The notes beneath the pieces were generated by a model. That model did no database searches. It saw only the letters and a list, made by a program, of their open reading frames with translations, and had not been told where the DNA came from. DNA of 64,000 nt from Eledone cirrhosa (lineage: Eukaryota), in assembly GCA_964016885.1 (NCBI GenBank), contig OZ024752.1, forward strand, positions 40,610,001-40,674,000, read 5' to 3'. A program made the position numbers and the translations under genes. Below, piece after piece: positions 55,800-64,000 of this stretch. Position 1 is the first letter of the stretch. Each line of letters starts with the position of its first letter.

Positions 55800-57218
55800 A
55801 GAGGTAGTGGTGGTGGTAGTGGATATGGTGGTGGTGTTGGTGTAGTAGTATTGATAGTAGTAGTGGTAGTAGTGGTAGTAGTAATGGTAGTAGTGGTGGT
55901 GGTAGTGGTGGTGGTGTTGGAGTAGTAGTATTGATAGTAGTAGTGGTAGTAGTGGTAGTAGTAATGGTAGTAGTGGTGGTGGTAGTGGTGGTGGTGTTGG
56001 AGTAGTAGTATTGATAGTAGTAGTGGTAGTAGTGGTAGTAGTAATGGTAGTAGTGGTGGTGGTAGTGGTGGTGGTGTTGGAGTAGTAGTATTGATAGTAG
56101 TAGTGGTAGTAGTGGTAGAAGTAATGGTAGTAGTGTTGGTGGTAGTGGTGGTGGTGTTGGAGTAGTAGTATTGATAGTAGTAGTGGTAGTAGTGGTAGAA
56201 GTAATGATAGTAGTGGTGGTGGTAGTAATGATAGTAGTGTTGGTAGTAGTGTTGGTGGTGGTAGCAGTAGTGGTGATAGTAGCGGTGGTAGTAGTAGTAT
56301 TGATAGTAGTATTGGTAGTAGTGGTGGTGGTAGCAATAGTAATAGTGGTAGTAATAATGATAGTAGTGTTGGTAGTAGTAGTAGTAGTAGTAGTGTAGTA
56401 GTGTCGGTAGTAGTGCTGGAGGTAGTGGTGGTGGTATTGGTGGTGGAAGTATTGGTGGTAGTAGTGTAGTGGTGGTGGAGGTGGTGGTGCTGGTAGTGGT
56501 GGTAGTAGTAGAAGTGATGGAAGTAGTGGTGGTGTGGTGGTAGTGGTGGAGGTAGTGGTGGTGGTAGGTGGTGGTAGTAGTAGAAGTGATGGAAGTAGTG
56601 GTGGTGGTAGTGGTAGTGGTGGTAGTAGAAGTGGTGGAGGTAGTGGTGGTGGAGGTAGTGGTAGTGGTGGAGGGTAGTTGTGGTGGAGTTAGTGGGGGAT
56701 GTGGTGGAGGTAGTAGAGTTGGTGATGGCAGTGGATCTGGTGGAGGTAGTGATGGTAGTAGTAGTAGAAGTGGTGGAAGTAGTGGGGGTGTTAGTGGTAG
56801 TGGTGGAGGTAGTAGAAGTGGTGGAGGTAGCGGTGGTAGTAGTAGAAGTGATGGAGGTAGTGGTGGAGATACTGGTGGTAGTAGTTGTAGTGGTGGAGGT
56901 AGTGGTGGTAGTAGTGGCAGTGGTGGAGGTAGTGAGGGGGGTAGTGGTGGGGGTAGTGGTGGAGGTAGTGGTCGTGGTGGTAGTAGTAGTGGTGGAGGTA
57001 GCGGTGGTAGTAGTAGAAGTGATGGAGGTAGTGGTGGAAGTAGTGGTGGTGGTGGTAGAAGAAGTGGTGGAGTTAGTGGTGGTGGAGGTAGTGGTAGTAG
57101 TAGTAGAAGTGATGGAGGTAGTGGTGGAAGTAGTGGTGGTGGTGGTAGAAGAAGTGGTGGAGTTAGTGGTGGTGGAGGTAGTGGTAGTAGTAGAAGTGAT
57201 GGAGGTAGTCGTGGAGGT
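55800..57218. repeat. (GTA/GTG/GAG)n low-complexity tract with an 80-bp period in its first part
   Basis: GGTGTTGG ends at 55920, 56000, 56080 and 56160. Confidence 0.9.
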
Positions 57219-57388
57219 TAGTTTTACTTGTTAGTAATTTCGTTGTTTATTTTCTCCCCGTTACTCTGGTACCTAACAATGTTTTGGTGTTGTTATTTCT
57301 GTTTAAAAAGTACACACATACATACATACACACATACACACATACACACACACACATACATACATACATACATACATACATACATACA

Positions 57389-57421
<33 letters not shown>

Positions 57422-57426
57422 GTATG

Positions 57427-57479
<53 letters not shown>

Positions 57480-57572
57480 GTATGTTATTACATTAGTTGC
57501 CAACTTGCCTGTCTATTGTCGAAACATACATAACACATACACACTCTCTCACACACTCACATGCATAATTAG

Positions 57573-57668
<96 letters not shown>

Positions 57669-57675
57669 ATATATT

Positions 57676-57721
<46 letters not shown>

Positions 57722-57722
57722 C

Positions 57723-57774
<52 letters not shown>

Positions 57775-57837
57775 ATATATTTATATATATACATATATAT
57801 ATATATATACATATTTATATATACATCAATGTATACA

Positions 57838-57883
<46 letters not shown>

Positions 57884-57929
57884 CATATATATATATATAT
57901 ACATATTTATATATACATCAATGTATACA

Positions 57930-57979
<50 letters not shown>

Positions 57980-57980
57980 G

Positions 57981-58012
<32 letters not shown>

Positions 58013-58014
58013 TG

Positions 58015-58047
<33 letters not shown>

Positions 58048-58064
58048 GATATATATATATATAG

Positions 58065-58143
<79 letters not shown>

Positions 58144-58152
58144 CATATATAC

Positions 58153-58193
<41 letters not shown>

Positions 58194-58534
58194 TGTAATT
58201 ATTTATATATATTTATATACATATATATATACATCGATATAAATACACATACATATATATATGTATATATGTATATATATGTGTATATATGTATATATTT
58301 AAATGTATATATAAATGTGTGTGTCTATGTATACACACACACAGACACACACACACACACACACACGCACACATATATATATACATCTTACCGCAATGCA
58401 AATGGTAATAGTTTCAAGATATGCCGTCACGTGATGCTGAGACAAACAAGATTTATGATAGTCAGAAGATAAACGAGCTTCTCCTGACGTAAACCACAAA
58501 CAACGAACCTATCGGCACCAACCTTCGATCAGCG

Positions 58535-58615
<81 letters not shown>

Positions 58616-58622
58616 AATGAAG

Positions 58623-58659
<37 letters not shown>

Positions 58660-58676
58660 TATATATATATAGAAGC

Positions 58677-59380
<704 letters not shown>

Positions 59381-59672
59381 TACTATCGAAAATGCAACTG
59401 GAGTCTTCTTTTTTTTAAAATATATTTATTCGGTTCTTTTACCGGTTTCGCAGTTCTTGTGCTTTTCAAAAGTAGAATTGAGATGGAGGGTTTGTGATTC
59501 TTCTCACATCCGGTTGGTGTTTGAATGTTACTTCTGTTTTATATGGAAAACAGTGGCTCGAAATGGTAGGTTTTTAGAGAAGTAAATTGGTTGGTTGATG
59601 ACTGTCATGTGAACAACTATAATACATTTCGCGCCAGTTCGCGTAACAAAATTCTTATATTTGCCTTCAAAC

Positions 59673-59747
<75 letters not shown>

Positions 59748-59977
59748 TAGAATGATCGAGAATCGGAATATCGGCCCACGAAATCACGATAAACAATATC
59801 CGACATGTGTGGCAGAGGGCTGAATAGTTTGGATAAACCAGAGCTATAACTATCGTTAAAATACCAACACACAGAGATCATGCCTAACATCACCCGTGCA
59901 GCCGATAAAGAACGACCAGGAAGATTCGGGTCACTCAAATAAAATATCAAATAAATTAATAAATTAAATGAATGTAA

Positions 59978-60067
<90 letters not shown>

Positions 60068-60789
60068 TTTCCCTGCAGTATTTATAGGTAAATCTGTAGT
60101 ATAATAAATCAAACTAGTTTTAATTAATAGTTACACATAGTGAGCTTGGCGTCACGGTGGAGTTATGTTCACGTTTAAGATACATATCGGCCGAATCTGT
60201 TACGAAATTACGATTTAACGATTTTAACGATTTCTGCTACAACTAAAGATTATTGAACCTGGTGAATACACAAGCTTCAGTATTGCACCTAATCACACTT
60301 ATGTACGTATGTATGTATGTATGTATGTATGTATGTATGTATGTATGTATGTATGTATGTATGTATGTATGTATGTATGTATGTGTGTGTGTGTGCGTAT
60401 GTATGTATGTATGTATGTATGTATGTATGTATGTATGTATGTATGTATGTATGCATGCATGCATGCATGTACGTATATATGTGTGTACGTATGTATGTAT
60501 GTATGTATGAATGTATGTATGTATGCATGTATGTGTGTGTGTATGTGTGTACGTATGTATGTATGAATGAATGTATGTATGTGTGTATGTGTGTATATGT
60601 ATGCATGTATATATGTATGTATGTCTGCATGTATGTATGTGTGTATATATGTATGCATGTATGTGTGTATGTGTGTATGTCTGCATGTATGTATGTATAT
60701 ATGTATCTCTCTCTTAATTTCGAGTACATTTTTGACCGGCCACCTTCCTGGTGGCAAGGTTGTATGTATGTATGTAAGTATGTATGTGT

Positions 60790-62985
<2,196 letters not shown>

Positions 62986-63385
62986 TACCCCTTAGCCTTT
63001 GTCAAGGCAGAATTCTAGGACAAGGAAATCTCTGATATAACACCTGCAACCCTGATGGTATCCAATGATGTTGACTTGTTCTTCTTTTTGGTAAATATCA
63101 CCTTGGTTAAGAGAGTGGGACTGGCTTTGTGCAGTGCCTTTTCTCACTATAAAAGCTTCATGACACAGGCATTGCTTTATATCTGGAGATCTCTCTGCAC
63201 TTGTTGTCACATGGTACCATGTGCCTAGTACTATGTGTCCATAATTGTCACAAGTGTAGTGTTTGTACCAGAGTTTTCAAGTCGCTGGCTGGACTAAAAA
63301 GTCACACTCGTTCAGCGCATCGGTAGGGGTTCTCCTACATGGATATAAAGTAGTGGCCGTACTTGAAAACGAGTTGGCAGCCACC
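62986..63385 (+). mobile_element. Third copy of the RTE-derived bipartite element
   Basis: Near-identical to 41558-41955. Confidence 0.8.
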
Positions 63386-64000
63386 ATATATACATATATA
63401 GGGATCAATACACACACACACATATATATACATATATACATATAAAGGGAACAATTTTTATCTTGTGAATATATAACAACAATATGGCAGTGGGCAATTT
63501 TATAAACGCACATAATTAACTCCATTCTTTTAATTATAGGCTGTCCCCTTAACCAACACCCTACCCCCAGTCTCCTCTTTCTCTTATCTATTTATTATAC
63601 AACTGCAATCAATCATAACTTATATTGTTAGAATACGTCAGTTTTCATCGATTTGAAAGTGTTTCCACCATAGCCCCCTCCTCTTTCTAACTCTTCTTCT
63701 TTTCTGTTTTATTCTGAATTCTTACTTTATTTTTTTACTCTTTCCTTTGTTTTTAATATTCCATTTTTACTCCTCTTCAATCTATTCTACTCTCCATCAT
63801 ATCTGTTTTATTGTCATTTAAACCGTCTCTAGTCATTGCTACTGTACCTATCTTTCTTTCTTTCTCTCTTTCTTTCTTTCTCTCTCTCTCACACTCTCTT
63901 TCACTCTCACTTTCTTTCGCTCACTCTCTCTTACTCACCCTCTTTCTCTCTTTCATTCTCTCATTTCTGTGTCTGAATCTCTCTTTCGCGCGCTCTCTCT

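Noticed and set aside
56568-57234. Gly/Ser-rich ORF
   Set aside because: Degenerate trinucleotide repeat, open in several frames.

Overview
AT-rich, repeat-dominated animal genomic DNA, most likely an intron or intergenic region of an Octopus-like cephalopod (inferred from SINE content). No host gene is recognisable, and nearly all listed ORFs are microsatellite or minisatellite artefacts. Real content: (1) about 25 copies of a tRNA-headed Meta-domain SINE and several CORE/V-like SINEs; (2) a 5'-truncated Tx1/L1-clade LINE with an open ORF2 C-terminus (43613-44875) plus sibling 3' ends in (TATC)n and (ATT)n; (3) a Dong/R4-type endonuclease fragment in (TAA)n; (4) bipartite RTE-derived elements ending in a C2H2 zinc finger; (5) mariner-type MITEs; (6) several minisatellites and a 5-kb 16/48-bp satellite that starts inside a SINE tail. 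The main hidden layer is a set of at least six sequence-unrelated, non-coding elements. Each carries a minimal type I hammerhead ribozyme motif 45-200 nt upstream of a (TA)n tract, often with an inverted copy of its own tail, which is Penelope-like pseudo-LTR architecture. A further 7-copy family appears to have folded back at ribozyme stem II. All structures were read by eye and none were computed.
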